A stretch of 64,000 bases of DNA from Antedon mediterranea (Eukaryota; Animalia; Echinodermata): the NCBI RefSeq assembly GCF_964355755.1, contig NC_092675.1:10845812-10909811 (forward strand). The letters are read 5' to 3'. Positions 50,501 to 64,000 of the stretch are shown piece by piece (the stretch's first letter is position 1; each line of letters opens with the position of its first letter). The translations under genes were made by a program, and so were the position numbers. The notes beneath the pieces were generated by a model that worked only from the letters and a program-made list of their open reading frames with translations, had not been told where the DNA came from and searched no databases.

Positions 50501-53500
50501 TCACACCAACAATACTCCTTTGGATGCAACTGAAAACTTTTAATTAGGCTATCGCTCTATCGCTATCAGCCTATTGTTATTGTAGAAAAATTGTTATACG
50601 GCGAAAGCAGTTATTTTGTAACATGGCCAGCAGATGCATGTATATATGTAGTTGTGCAATAAACTTTGGTTTAATTAAAATATGGTTGTGTACCATAACT
50701 ACTCACAATTTTCTGAAATTCTTAAATTGACTATCGGCGAAAGCAGTTATTTTGTAACGTGGCCAGCAGATGCATGTATATATGTAGTTGTGCAATAAAC
50801 TTTGGGTTAATTAAAATATGGTTGTGTACCATAACTACTCACAATTTTCTGAAATTCTTAAATTGACTATAAAAACCTTTTTCAAATGAAACTTGAACAC
50901 ACATATGCTTCATGTCAAATGTCATCTTCCTGTATCATCAGCAAAATTTTGAACATTGAAAGTTAAAAATGCTCAAAATCAACTTCAAAGTTCAATCAAG
51001 TTCAATGAACTTTTTTTTTATTTGAAAAGGTCATTTTATTCAAATAATTAAATAAACGTGAGTGGTGTAAAATAAAAACTAAGCGTCAACTAAATCGTTT
51101 ACAATGCCAACATTGTCAACTGTTGACACTTGTTTAACGTTTTTGATCGATGCTATGCTGTTTGTACAATCATTGTGGTGCAGCCTACTATAGACTAAGC
51201 CTAATAAATAGCATGTGCATGTTACAATGCGTTGCGCGATAGCCTAACTCGTTCAAATCTAGTTGCTTCTTGCATGTGGTATGGGTACCTTCGACCAGTA
51301 CCAATCTGTTTGATGTTAAGCGCTTGTGCACACTGGTTTTTTATGTTGAGATGAGATGAGTTGCGTATAAAAATTGACCCTGGTAATTGCTGTTGAATAC
51401 ATTCAGTGACAGGTCACTAAAAGAGGGTATCTAGTTGGAGGTAGATTTCATATATCACTTGTTTGTTTTGTGTTTCCTAACAGCCAAAGCCTTGTGCTTG
51501 TCAATGTGACAGAAATCACAGAAGTTGTTCCTAATATTAAAATTGAAAAGAGCTTTGGTGGAATCTTCTACACTTTCCCCAAGATGGTAAAATCTTCAAG
51601 TGAAATTCTATCCAAGGTATGTGGATATGTTGTTAATTTTAATTCTTATTGCTTTTTTGTTTTAATCGTAGTTCTCTATTTCATTATTTTTTTTGACTAA
51701 TGATTGAATATCTTCAGTTTAAATCATTTTTGTGTCTTTCATTTTGTTTATTTCATTTCCATTCCAATATTTGTTGTCAACATAATAATTCATAATCTGT
51801 TTGTTTTTCCTCTCATGTAGGTTGAATTTTTCCTTGAGGAATTGAGGATCACTGTTGGGGAATCAATGACCATTGATGCCCCAAGCCACTTCCTTCACCT
51901 GGTGAACAACCTACGTCTTGCAAATTTTGATATGCTAAGTCAGATCTGGGAAATGTATGAGATGATTCAACAAAAAAGGTACAACATCTTTTTTTTAAAT
52001 TTGTAATTATCTGATTTGTCATCGGCACTGAATCAAGGGTTTTCACATTCTTGAATTGAACATTCTTTTCAAATTATACATATCTGGATTTTTTTACCTT
52101 TTTACTCAATATACTTTACATAGAGAGTGGCTTCTTGAAGCCCTTCCATTGATTGGCACTGAAGAAGTAACAAAATTGATGAAAAGCAAAATTCTTATGA
52201 AAGAGATTGAAATGAAGGAAGTCGAGAAGTTTTTGACAAAGCTAACATATTCCAAGCAGGCAACTGAGATTATGATTGATGATGTTATGGTAAGTAAATT
52301 TATATTCATTAATTTTAATTTCAACATGAGATCCCGTCTGCGCATGCGCAATAATACGTTTGTTGGTAAGCACAGATTTCGGTAACCGAATATAATATAG
52401 TAAAATTTATTTCTTTCTCCAAAAGAATAAGAAACACCTAGAGTACTGATGAGTTCAAAAAGTTTGAAAATGTCTGACTTAAAGGAAATAGGTTTTAAAA
52501 ATCCTATTCTAGACTCGAACGAGCCTTGCATTGATAATGATAGGCAGCCTTAAATTGCCTGGGATAGAAGAATGGTGGTCTCAAATGTCTTTTATGACGC
52601 TTTTAATATATTACTGCTTTTAAAGTAATTATACATTTTGGAAATTGGGTCATAAATTCCATATGTTGTACTTTTTTTTGTGCTATGATATAGACACTAA
52701 AACTAACAATTCTAAAAAAAATATATAACATTTTAAAGAATGATACTTTTAGTTGCAGGCTCATGTTTAGCAATGTTTAAATAACATGTTTTATAAATTA
52801 GGACATTTGCCGCAATGAAAAATGGAACCTGACAACAGAAATGACACGTGTTGAAATGATGGAGATGGTAAGAGCCAGACGGGCATGCTGGCTGACATTT
52901 GGCAATCTTGTTGGTGAATTCTGTAAGGAGAAGTCTTATTGCCCAACCAAATATGTTGTAGCTTTTGACCGATGCGAGGATATCTACACCGATATCGAAA
53001 ACCCAACTGAGTTTCAGATGTTTGATCGCTTTAACCAGGTAATTATAAAATAAACTACTAAACATTACTGTGTGTAATTTTGCAGTAATACTAACAGTAA
53101 CAGCTAGAGCTAGAACAATAGCAAAACATTTAAATTTTACATACATACATAGTTGTTTCATCATTTTTGTAATATATAAACTTATTATGGTTATCTATAG
53201 GCAACTGAAATAAATAGTTATTGATCAATCTATAATAATAAGATTTGTTAAGCGTTTAGGAAACTGATCTATGAACCTAAAAGCTACCAAAACCAGAACA
53301 AAACCCACATAACCCATTTTGACAAATATGCATTCATGCTTTAAATAAGTATGATCCTGTAATGAATTTCTCGCCAATGAACAGATCTAAGAACATTGCA
53401 TAAAGAACTACATAACAGTTTCTGTAAACACGTTTTGTTTTTTGTACACTAACGGTGATTACAAATTTTGAATTTTTTATTTCTTTCTTTTTCTTTAATA

Positions 53501-56500
53501 TCTAGAAAATCCTTTCTGTCAATGGTGAATTGAAGGAAGAGAGAAGGACAGATGATGAGATTGTGCAACGTATCAATGAATTCCGTCAAACCGAGATTAA
53601 ACTGATGTGTATCAATGCAATTGGTAATGCCGGCCTTTCAAATGGCCTGTTCGAGACGGTTAAAAATACTAACAACAGGCTTGGAATCCGTGTTGCATCT
53701 GTACATGCTATGCGAAAGATTGCTCCAAAACAACCAAAGAAGGTAACTCTTTTTAAAGGTTTTATAAATAGCATAGCATCAATTAACAGAATCCTTTCCA
53801 TTGTTTAGATGAATTTTTGTCTTGCTAAAAAAACTACTGCTGAGAAATAACAAGGGGTGCTTTATCTAATTCCGTCATGAATGAAATTTCAACTAACACA
53901 TTTTTAAGCTTAATTATTAAAAATAAATTGATAAGTAACATATTTTAGGCCTAAGTTGATATTAACAATTATTTATTTGATTGTTCTTTTTCAGGTTCTA
54001 TCAACACTACTCCCAATCATGAGAGATCCATTTACTGATGAAGAACTGAGAATTGTGTCATACCTTGTAGTGATTGAGTGCCAGCCAAGGCCAACAGTGA
54101 TGGTCTCAATTACAGAGAACCTAAGAAATGAGACTAGCAAACAATTCCGCACATTTGTTTCGACTCACCTTATGAATCTTGCTAAGAGCCAAGACCCATG
54201 CAAGAAGAAAGTGTAAGTGCTCTATAAACCTTGACCTTAAAGACACTTTCCCAGAAATTTTTGATATTTTGTGAAATTACTTTAAAAACTTTAAACCAGG
54301 TCATTGTTTGCCAGTAAATATTCTAGAAGTTATGCATGATTTACTAAAATTTGTCCATACGTAAATTTATTCATAGATATGTAATTGTTATAATATTTCA
54401 GGATTAAGTCAGCCAAGTATGCCATTGAAGTCAGCAAGCTGTTCCTTGATGGACCATTGTACTCACAGAACAGACAGATGAGTGTTTTTAATGGTATAGT
54501 GCATATTTTAATATATTACAACTTATAAAATAATAATGATTTAAGATTATAGTGTTTTAAGAGCTTCAATGTGCTGACCAAATAGAACAAAATTGTTAAA
54601 AAGTTGCCTAAAAATTAGCAATTGAAGTTGCCGTATGGATAGAAATAGGTAAACAATTCCAAAAGACAAGACAAGTACTGTTAAGACTTTGAGTCAACTC
54701 TTCTATGGCTTTGTTGTCTTGCCAACGTTATTAACATTAAATTTGCCATCCATCTCAAAAGTTTACACAGAAATCTTACGCTAATTAGAAATGATTAGTT
54801 GCAATAAATACGGATTTGGACATTATCTGTTGTCAAAGATCATTAAATCTTTGAAGTTGAGAATTTTCAATACAAGTTACCACACCAAATTTCATGCTAA
54901 ATTTGAAGTATCGTGGGTCTAGTTTAAACATATCAATTTAATTTGGTTTTAGATGAACTTCAGACTGGTGGTACGATTGAAATGAACACAATCTTTACTC
55001 CTGGTAGCCTGCTACCACGTTCATCAAACACCAAGCTCAACATCAACTTCCTTGGGAAATCTATGGATGTCTTTGAAGTAGGTAGTTTTCAATTTATATC
55101 TTTTACCTATTTTGTAATGGAATGGCCAAGATATAAATACTGTGAGCTCACACCAAAATTTGAATCAGGTCCAGTTTTTTATCCATGTTCATGCCCATGA
55201 CATAATCTTTTTGCCTACATTTAATAGGACAAGAACATTATTTTTGGTTTTAATTTTGCCATGAAGAACAAATATAAAATATATTAAATATATATAAAAT
55301 ATATATTAAATGATAGTATATAGTTATTATTTTATTTGTTTTAAGGTTTGAATGATATGTTGATAGGTTTGCGGTACACCACGTACATTAGTTCTGAAGA
55401 GAACTGTTGAGTTGTTGCCCGACTAGTTTCCTGGACTTTCTGCATTCTCACTCCTGAGGAAAATCAAAGTATATTGATTGAAACATCGAGAAACTCAACA
55501 GTTCTTTCCAGAACTTTAGTTATTTTTGTTTTAGAAAGGTATACAAATTGTGTAATTCAATTTTAGTTTGGTTACCGTGCAGAGGGTCTTAATAACGTTT
55601 TGGAAAAGATGTTTGCACCAAATGGATTCTGGTACAAGAGAACCAATATCATGAATTTCTTGAAGAGATCAACAAGAAGTGTCAGACAGGAGACAGACAA
55701 AGAATTGATTGACAAAAAGGTATATTTTTAAATTATGTAATTTTTTTGATAATAATAAAAATGTTTTTTTATAAATTTTTGTTCATTTTTTAAAACAAGA
55801 GGTTTTGGTTGCTATTTCCTCTTTTTGATTGTTTTACTGTTGTATTGGGTGCAGGTCAAGTCGGCCCCAAACCGTCTCGGCCAAAGTCAAGTCGGCACCA
55901 CGTCAAGTCGGCACCACGTCAAGTCGGCCCCAAGTCAACTCGGCCTCACGTCAACTCGGCCAAAAACTAATCGGTCAACTCGGCCACAATAAAGTATGGA
56001 ACGCAAAAAGTGCTTAATATTATTATGATTCTTACTATCCACGCTTTAAAAAAATGAAGAAATAAAAAATATAATATAATTAAATAATATCATAAAAAAA
56101 TGAACTCATTGCCGATATGAATATAAGTAGCCGCGTGTTACAAAAACACGTGCAGGTACCGCATTTTAGTAAATCGAAGACGGAGGCCTACGTTCCACAA
56201 TTTGGCCATAGAAAAAATGATCGTACATATCGTTTTTGTCCATAATTTGCGTTTTAAAAAAAGGGGAAACGAAAACACGTAGCAGTTGTAGATATCGAAA
56301 AAGCTGCCAAAGGCGCAGGGAGACGCAGCTACGAATTGTTTTCAATTGTGCAATTTGAAATTTTATTTAACATAAATAAAGGAAAGTTGGTGAAATCATT
56401 CCTATTTTTTTGCTAAATATATTATTGTCTAAATATTAATATTCATTAAAAGTCAGAATTATTCATAGTTAAAAAATTGTGAAGAAATATTATTTTATCA

Positions 56501-59500
56501 ATCCCCTTCATTTGCACTTTTTGCGTTCCATACTTTAACGGGGCCGAGTTGACCGATTATTTTTTGGCCGAGTTGATGTGAGGCCGAGTTGACTTGAGGC
56601 CGAGTTGACTTGAGGCCGAGTTGACTTGGGGCCGACTTGACTTGGGGCCGACTTGACTTTGGCCGAGACGGTTTAGGGCCGACTTGGATCGAAATCGTTG
56701 TATTAGATCATACTGTGTTCTGTTTAATATTCTGCCTTGTTCCGACTAGTTAACTGTTTTGATTTAGTGGATGTATGCCGTTCATTAGTTGAAAATGCAT
56801 GTGTGCTGCCAAAGGCACAAGTTGATACTGCTCCCATCATTGTATAAAATCTCAATTTTTATACAGTAGTCATACTGCCAATTTGTTTTCGGTACAAACA
56901 GATATTGTATATTCAGAAAGTTAAATTATAGTTACATAGCATACAGCTACATAGGCTTCTGCATCTATTCTAGAATAAGCAGAGGATTGGTTAATTGAAG
57001 AAGAAGAAGAAGCATTGTGCAGTGAAACAAAGGCTATTGTTACACTTTTTAGTCAGTTTCTAGGAATAGAATTACCCATATTGTTTGCATGATCTACTGT
57101 GCGTAAGAAGTGAGATGGTAGGTCTTAGCCTCCTCCTAGGCCGTAGACCCTATACACAAGGCTTTGTGGACATGTTTAAGAGGGTTCTGCGGTTGCCAGC
57201 CTAGGTCTTAGGTTAGCAAAGTTCAAAAGGATGAATTAAAACACTTAATGAAAACCAAAAGAGGGCTTGTAATGCAAGGATGCCACTTTCTTTTTTAATG
57301 AATCTAAAAGATTCAAATTATTACAATTAGATGGTGATGTCTCAAAGTCAAAAAAGCCTCGAACCCATGCTGATATAGGTACAGTAAATGGCACATCTGC
57401 CTTAACCGCTCAGCCATGTGACTTGCTCTTAACAAGCCATCTGGTAAGAACAACATTTGTTTAATCAGAAAAGGTGTGTATTTCAGGTTAACCCATTCAC
57501 TATTGAGCCAGAACCATCTCAGGGATTCACATGGATGAAGATCTTTGGACAAGAAATGACATATGAAGCTTTCAACAAGGAATTCTTCCAATCTATTTTG
57601 ACTGAGGGCAAGATCAGGACAAACTTTAAAGATCTTGAGAAGGGTCTACGTGAGCCAATCACCTTTAACTGGAACAAAGGTATGAAAATGGAGAATGGTT
57701 TCTTATTAAAATATAATCTCATATAAACTAAGAGCTGATATAAAAATTAACTGATGAGATAAAGGAACTCTTTACATCTAGTCTTATCATCTAGTCAAGC
57801 TTTGTCATAACTGATTTGCTGCTGTATATGAAACTTATGGATAGTATTGCTCTGAACATAATATTTAATGTTTCATATACAATTCAATATAAAACTCCTA
57901 GGCATGGACTGCACCATTTTTCAGAACATAGTTTTTAACACACCATGTTTAACTTTAAATGAAGTGAATGAAAATGAGTTAGGTAAAGCGATTCCGCGAG
58001 ACTAGTAATATTGTATATTTCCAAAGCGCATAACTTATTGTGGAACACTCAATTTTTTTTAGTGCGGATAAACAATTATCTGGCAAATGCGGATAACCAA
58101 TAAAAAAATGCATTCAAGTTTACTGGTAGGACATTCTGTCGTTTTTATATGCTTTTGTCTTTTACTTACTTTTTGTTTGTCATACTTCTTACGCAGGTAT
58201 GCTCCTCCTGGACTATCAACGTCAAGTACCAACCATCTGTGGTTTCCCATTGTCTCTCAACATGACCATGGCTTCCATCTTGTCCATTGATAGTGAAGTG
58301 ACAATGCGTGTAACTCCAACCATTCTAAGTAAGAACCCAACTGACATTGCAAGCAACATCAGAATAAAACCAAGGTTAGTAAAATGTTCGATGACATGCT
58401 TTTGTTGCATCATTTTCAGATAGTTCAGCCTTTCCAGGAATTGGAGATGTGTGGAGATGATGAATCAGGTTTAAATAAAAAAAATACATTTTTGTTCTTT
58501 TATGATTTGCTGGTCACAAATGTTTATCACCTCTGCAATATGGTTTCTGCATGTAGAACCACATGATGGATGTATGTGATTGAAATGCTTTTGTATTGAA
58601 TAGCAGATTATTTTTTTCTGTAATTCTACGCATTTCTTAATTATCTTTTCAATTATGTATGTATGCGTGTGGGATGTTGCATCATTGAGGCTCTTATATT
58701 TTCAGAATGTCCATGAATCTTCTAAGCAAAATGGGTGTAACCTGTCCCTTTATGAGTACTGGTGTGGCCATGAACAGTACCATGAACTTGACCCTTCCTG
58801 TACAGTCAGAGATTGTTTACAACTTTGAACAACAAAAGCTCAGGCTTGATATTGAAAACCAAAAAGAAGACTATTTCAGTGTTTTCAGCTTTAAGTAAGT
58901 ATTTTTTATATATTTTCTCTTAATATTTTTTTGCCAATTCTTTCTTCATAGTCTCAATGGAACAAGTAACAGAAACATCATGACGTTTGTGGTCAAGCAA
59001 ACAAAAAGAAAACAAATCAAATTAAAACACTGACAAAATAGAAACCATGCAGTTGAGATCTTCTAATACTACCTTATACAGTAAAAAAATAAAAATAAGC
59101 TGAGAAAATTATAACTGAGAAAAGTACAAAATTTAGTTTGAGAAGGAATTGTATAATTGTCATTTCGTGTGTTTTTTCAGCCTCCATCACAAGAAACAGT
59201 TTGAATCTGCTCAAATACACTAGTGTCTCCTTGACAGTAAATGCTTATGCTTCTAAATCAGTTTCCCAAAACTTACCAATACAGAGAATAATTACAACAA
59301 ACCCAAATTTGTATTAACTTCACATACTAATAGAAATCTCAGTCCTCAATGTTCTGGTGCTCAAGGGTCTGGTTTAAAGATTTTATTTGTGATTTTTTTT
59401 TAGCCATACTCTGTACACATTTAGCAGCAAGATGGATTCTGCATTTGACAACTACACCATTATCAATGGATCATTCATTAACAGGATCACCAATGTAAGT

Positions 59501-62500
59501 TAGAATTATTTTGCTTGTATTATTTGGAGTTGGAGAGACATGCCCTCCAGTGATAGTTATCTTTGACAGCTTTTGTCTCTCCTCAGCGCTCCCTTTTTTT
59601 TATGTATCACTGAAAGGAATAAATAATATCATGCAAAAGTTAGCTCCTGTGTGATCACATTATTGTTCAAATCATGTCAAAAAAGTGACAACAAAATGAA
59701 ACATTTTAATTTTATTTGGCCAACTGCCAAAGAGAAAACCATTGGCCAAGCATTACATATAAGGAACATGTATTTCATCTCACATCATTCAGTTCAGTAC
59801 AGCAAAATGTATGTTTCCAGTTTTTTATAGATACAATTTTGATCATAAAATTCTAAAACTATTCACACAGTACATGTTGGTTTTCCTTGATTTTTGTAAA
59901 ACAATGGTATACAACTTCAACTTTAGTTATTTCTGAATTGCACAATGTGAAAATATAATTGAATAGAAATTCAATATAAAGCAAAAATGGTAACTTAAGT
60001 TAAATAAAAAATGAAATAAGACATATTTTATGTTTTTATGTTTAAAAATATTAACACCGAGTATATTACTTTGCTTATCAAGTCCATTTAGTAATAGAGT
60101 GCCTTCTTGTATTTCTAGCAAGATCAGTATACATCCTTGTAACAGTAGTTAGTAACAATAGAACTTGCATTAAATAATATTGATACTAATAATATATGGT
60201 ATTTATAAATTTAATTTTTATTTTGTTTTTAAGACAAGCACATGCTTCAACCCATTTGAAGGTGGTATGCGTCTCTGCTCCAACATGTCATATGTACCTC
60301 GTCTTGGTGTGCGTAAGGCTCCATTTAACCCATTGCTGGGATCATGCATGTGGAATATATACAGTACTCGTGGTGAGAACAGCACTGACCGCATCATCTT
60401 TGAATACGAAGCCACAAACACCAGCATGAATATTACCGTAAGTTTTTTATTTCCACCAATTTCAATATTGAAAAATAATGCTCATAAAAAAAGAATATTT
60501 TCACTTTCCACGATACTCTTGTAATATTACAAATTGCAACTATTTTACACAGAACCGAATTCTTTCTGTACACACATTTGGAGGAATTGAACCTCAAACA
60601 ACATTCGTTTTCAACTTTACAATTGATCGAACAGAGCAGAAATTTAACCTGACCATCAACCGTACTGATATTTCTGATTGGTTCTGCAATATCACATGCA
60701 AGGTTATGGATATTGAGAGGTCAGAGGTCAGTAATACATTTATTTAGATTGCTAGAAAACTGTTTTTGTTTTTTATTATCAAAGCAAGCCTAATTTGTTA
60801 TGAAACTTTGATAGTGACAATCACCATACAGTCAGCTTGCCTTAATTGACTGCAAATTATATATTATTACAGTCAACTCTCCCAATACCATAGGTTATTA
60901 ATCCTGGCCAGAAGTAATTTGCCATTTCACAGTTAAAATATATTTAATTACTTCTACAGAAAAATATTTTCAAAACAAAATAAATGCCCATAAAAACCCT
61001 GACAGACAATTTAACTATTTTTTGCTTTAGATTATAATTTTTTTTATCAAATTTTTGTGACATTAAAATAGCATAAAAATACACAATAATTATATCTAAG
61101 GATGTAAAGGTAGTACATTTTAGAGGCTTTTGTATCATGTGTGGATACATCTCACACAAATTTTTAGTTTAGCTCAACGCTGATTGGTTATTGATTTTAA
61201 AAAAATAAATGGCTCTCAGATTCATCGCTCCCAATCTGTGCACCGGATAAAAATCTGTATGGAATCCAGTATGTGTTAAGCTACATTTACAGCCTTTTCC
61301 ATTATTTAAACAAACAGTGCCATCTTATATTCCAAGAAACGGAACAAGTGTGAATGGTTCTATTCTTCAACACTATATGGATAACACTTTATGATTTATT
61401 GCTTACATTATTTTAACAATATTTGATGATCTATTTTTTCTACCTTACAGGTTAACATGACTATGGAATGGGGTCTACCCATGAACTACACTTTCAATAT
61501 TACTGACAGTAAGATCTTGTACCCAAGCCACGAATTCTTTATCATGATCAACAGTGTACGCAACGTAACTCTTAGGAACAGAACTTATGAGTTTACATGG
61601 GCTGAGGTTCCAATGTGGCTACAAAACGTAATTAATTTTTTTCATAGTAAAAACATATCTTGTAGACTAATTAACTTTTCGGTTTTTTATAGTTAAAACA
61701 TATAGGTTATGTTCACACGTACAGCGTAAGACTGGCATGAATATCTTCTTTTTATATCAGTAATAACATTTACAATAATTATTTATAATAATTAGGTGTA
61801 CACCAGCCCTTTGTCGTATGTGAACACACCCATAGAACGTTTTTTTATTTGTATGTAGTTCACAAGAGATGTCCAGCTAAATCTGCCATTTTTGTTGTAC
61901 AAACTAAAATATGTTGAAGATGTCGACATCACACGATTTCCTCAATTGTTCAGCAGAAACCACACCATGAACATAACATTGCAAGTAAGTACTGTTACTT
62001 ATTCACTAATTACTATCTTTATGGTCTATTTACGCATAAAAATTATATAGATGTTAATTAAGATTAATTTATTCTTTTTGGCAGTTGATATGTTTAGTCT
62101 CTAGATTTAGGCATTTTATAAGCTGATTTATCCACATCCACATATCTTTTTCACTAATTTGCTTTTACCAATAAAAGAACCGGAACCGGAACCACCGGTA
62201 GGTGGCGCTTTACACGACTAAGGCATTAACGGAACACTCTCAATTACTTTCTTAGTGAAAATCAGGTAATAGAGAGGTTTCGAAATCTTAAGAATACGAT
62301 AACGAAAACGGATATGTCGCGCACACGTTTTCGTTGTCGTAAGCCAGTAAAAATCTGTTTCGCATGGCAACGAAATATTGAGGGCGCCGTCCAAAATATG
62401 ACTGCGGTAAATTTGAGCAAAGCGCAGGTACGTGTTGCTTGGCTGCCTAGGCCTAGTGTAACGTCAAAGCGAGTGAGGACTTTAAAAACTGCTATTTATC

Positions 62501-63950
62501 AAAATTGACCTGGTATTTTAGTAAATTACTTTAGTAAATTACTTTCAATAAATCTATAATTATATTATAATCATGAATCATTCCTGATTTAAATGCAAAA
62601 TGTGCAAAATAGATGAAAAACTATACTCTATAGAGAAAAGAAGTTCTTAGTTGATAAAACTAAGCCGTCAGACAGATAGATGCACTATCAGACTAAACAA
62701 TGATGCCACATACATGACCAATGCGAGTACAGACACTATCAAAACATTCACTTCCAACATCAATATCAGTAGGTGAGAGGATGCATTCCCTGTATGTGTA
62801 ATGCATCCTCTCACCACCAGAATCCTTCATCAATAACAGTAATTCTCCAAGCACAGGAACATAACACAAAAGTATGTTCAACATCAAAACAGTTCAAGAC
62901 ATGTCCCAATACATTTAAATCCATTCACCATGCCTTCAACAAGTAATAGTACCTGGTCAACCTTCATCTTTTTAATTATTGTGCGGCACCACATTATAAC
63001 ACTACACAAGAACAACAATATGGAAAGAATTACTAATCATCTAAAGTACCATAATCTATTCGTAAATGCGGAAAAAAACAGAATATACAGTTGTCAAACG
63101 CGATGAATCACAGTGGAAGGAAACAAAGAAGCTGGGTTCATTATAAGGAGATGCCGAACAACTAAACAGATGCAACTCACGACCCTTATCTTTAAAAATT
63201 GTTGAAGCACGATGGAAGCTTTTCGGACATAAATTGAAACATGATAGGAATACACCAGCAAATCTGGCCATAAAGTTCTACTTTACAAACACAAAACACA
63301 AAAAATACAGAGGTAGGTCTATATGCACACTTCCAGTTACAATGACATAAAAAAGGTGAACCCCTCTAGCATGATGAGGCTGGAGACAATGAAAGATGTT
63401 GACTATTTTAAAAAGTTGGCGAACAAACGAAAGGAATGGAGAAACCTGGTACAAAGAGTAAGCAAGGCATGCCCAGGCGGAGAAATCAGAAGATTACTCG
63501 GCGAAGAGGCACTAAATAAAAAATAACAACATCTATAAATGTACAGGTAACCTTTCATCTCGGCAGACGCAACACATGGCATCTATCTCTAGTTCCGAAA
63601 AACTCTGGATCTTGGCTGAAAATTTGAGTTGAAAGGAGTAGGATTTTAATCAATGATATAATAATTTTAAATAATGATGTGTATATATAATTTACACCTG
63701 TTCTCTTGCAGAGGATCAAATAGTAATATAGGCTAGGCTGTAGCTTGTTATGTATGCTGATATAAAAATATATTATATAATTTACTGCAGGCTAAGCAAG
63801 AACGCACTATTGATATCATTATGAACCTACCACTTCAGTATGTACAAATCTTCAACATGACTCTTCCAACCAGAAGTGACATCATTCAAAAGAGAGTCCC
63901 ATTGGTTTATGAACAATTCCAGAGGGAAGTCACTGATAAATTCTTCCAGC
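44576..63950 (+). CDS. Vtg: Vitellogenin-like large lipid transfer protein, 3' partial (about 1280 aa in window)
   Basis: 25 phase-consistent GT-AG exons: 44576-44618, 45279-45314, 45514-45680, 45788-45922, 47613-47738, 48041-48217, 49378-49523, 51484-51616, 51821-51978, 52124-52289, 52802-53038, 53506-53742, 53995-54212, 54402-54493, 54953-55077, 55567-55719, 57487-57679, 58197-58374, 58706-58894, 59404-59494, 60234-60437, 60553-60726, 61451-61627, 61859-61984, 63791-63950. Signal peptide MKTFILALCVALVCA. LLT motifs FEAGKSYLYKYE, NFKKGILNMF, EGISGICDTMY, WLLEALPLIGT, AIGNAG, EELRI, FGYRAEGL, KIFGQE, PTICGFPL. Vitellogenin versus apolipophorin subclass is not settled. Confidence 0.92.
48290..49080 (+). 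mobile_element. L2-type LINE 3' end interrupted by a Helitron-type insertion
   Basis: KTYGDRAFAVAAPKLWNNLP...LKTHIF at 48290-48415, and the L2-like tail agcgct...aagcgctatataaat...(catta)n at 49010-49080. Confidence 0.7.
48422..48993 (+). mobile_element. Helitron/Helentron-type non-autonomous element, copy 2
   Basis: Highly similar to 22848-23480, same termini. Confidence 0.8.
49650..50485 (+). repeat. About 33-bp minisatellite (about 25 copies) in vitellogenin intron 7
   Basis: (aaatacactcacaccaagagtactactcttttt)n. Confidence 0.95.
50599..50870 (+). repeat. 136-bp tandem duplication
   Basis: cggcgaaagcagttattttg...aattgactat at 50599-50734 and 50735-50870, near identical. Confidence 0.9.
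55451..55490 (+). ncRNA. Minimal hammerhead-like motif (Penelope-type) in vitellogenin intron 15
   Basis: ctc CTGAGGA a aatcaa agtata ttgatt GAAAC a TC gag, enclosed by inverted repeats 55391-55413 / 55492-55514. Confidence 0.55.
55847..56696. mobile_element. Foldback/MULE-like element, long repeat-containing TIRs, 8-bp TSD
   Basis: GTTGTATT duplicated (55839-55846, 56697-56704). Inverted arms of about 160-170 bp are built from caagtcggcc/caactcggcc units. Confidence 0.8.
63040..63526 (+). mobile_element. Degraded RTE-type LINE 3' fragment
   Basis: ARWKLFGH...PANLAIKFYF...KYRGR...LANKRKEWRNLV. Confidence 0.65.
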
Positions 63951-64000
63951 GTAAGTAATTTTTCGTCATTGAAATTTTAAAATACTTAACATAACAGAAC

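Noticed and set aside
52441-52480. CTGATGAG...GAAAATGTC hammerhead-like motif
   Set aside because: Stem II cannot form without using the GAAA box and stem I is weak. At best a decayed copy.
52106-53801. Minus-strand ORFs of 141, 143 and 71 aa
   Set aside because: Antisense shadows of vitellogenin exons with no recognisable domain.

Overview
AT-rich, intron-rich animal genomic DNA, not prokaryotic. It is probably a marine invertebrate, possibly an echinoderm (inferred from the repeat content and frequent TAGGCCTA). Three spliced protein-coding genes can be rebuilt exon by exon. (1) A LEPROT/VPS55-family gene on the minus strand (ATG at 9353, last exon off the left edge); its family-colinear reading frame closes with canonical splice sites if a single-nucleotide exon at 5141 is included. 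(2) A complete 7-coding-exon SLC17-family anion transporter on + (30957-36335, 405 aa). (3) A vitellogenin/large lipid transfer protein on + (ATG 44576, 25 exons, about 1280 aa, running off the right edge). The rest is mostly transposon debris: LINE remnants, Penelope-like ends with hammerhead ribozymes, Helitron/Helentron-type elements (some carrying tRNA-like modules), and hAT, Kolobok, Harbinger and MULE-like MITEs with visible TIRs/TSDs. It also holds minisatellites, a tRNA-Val-like gene and an orphan protein-kinase fragment. Most ORF-track entries are spurious or are exons read into introns.
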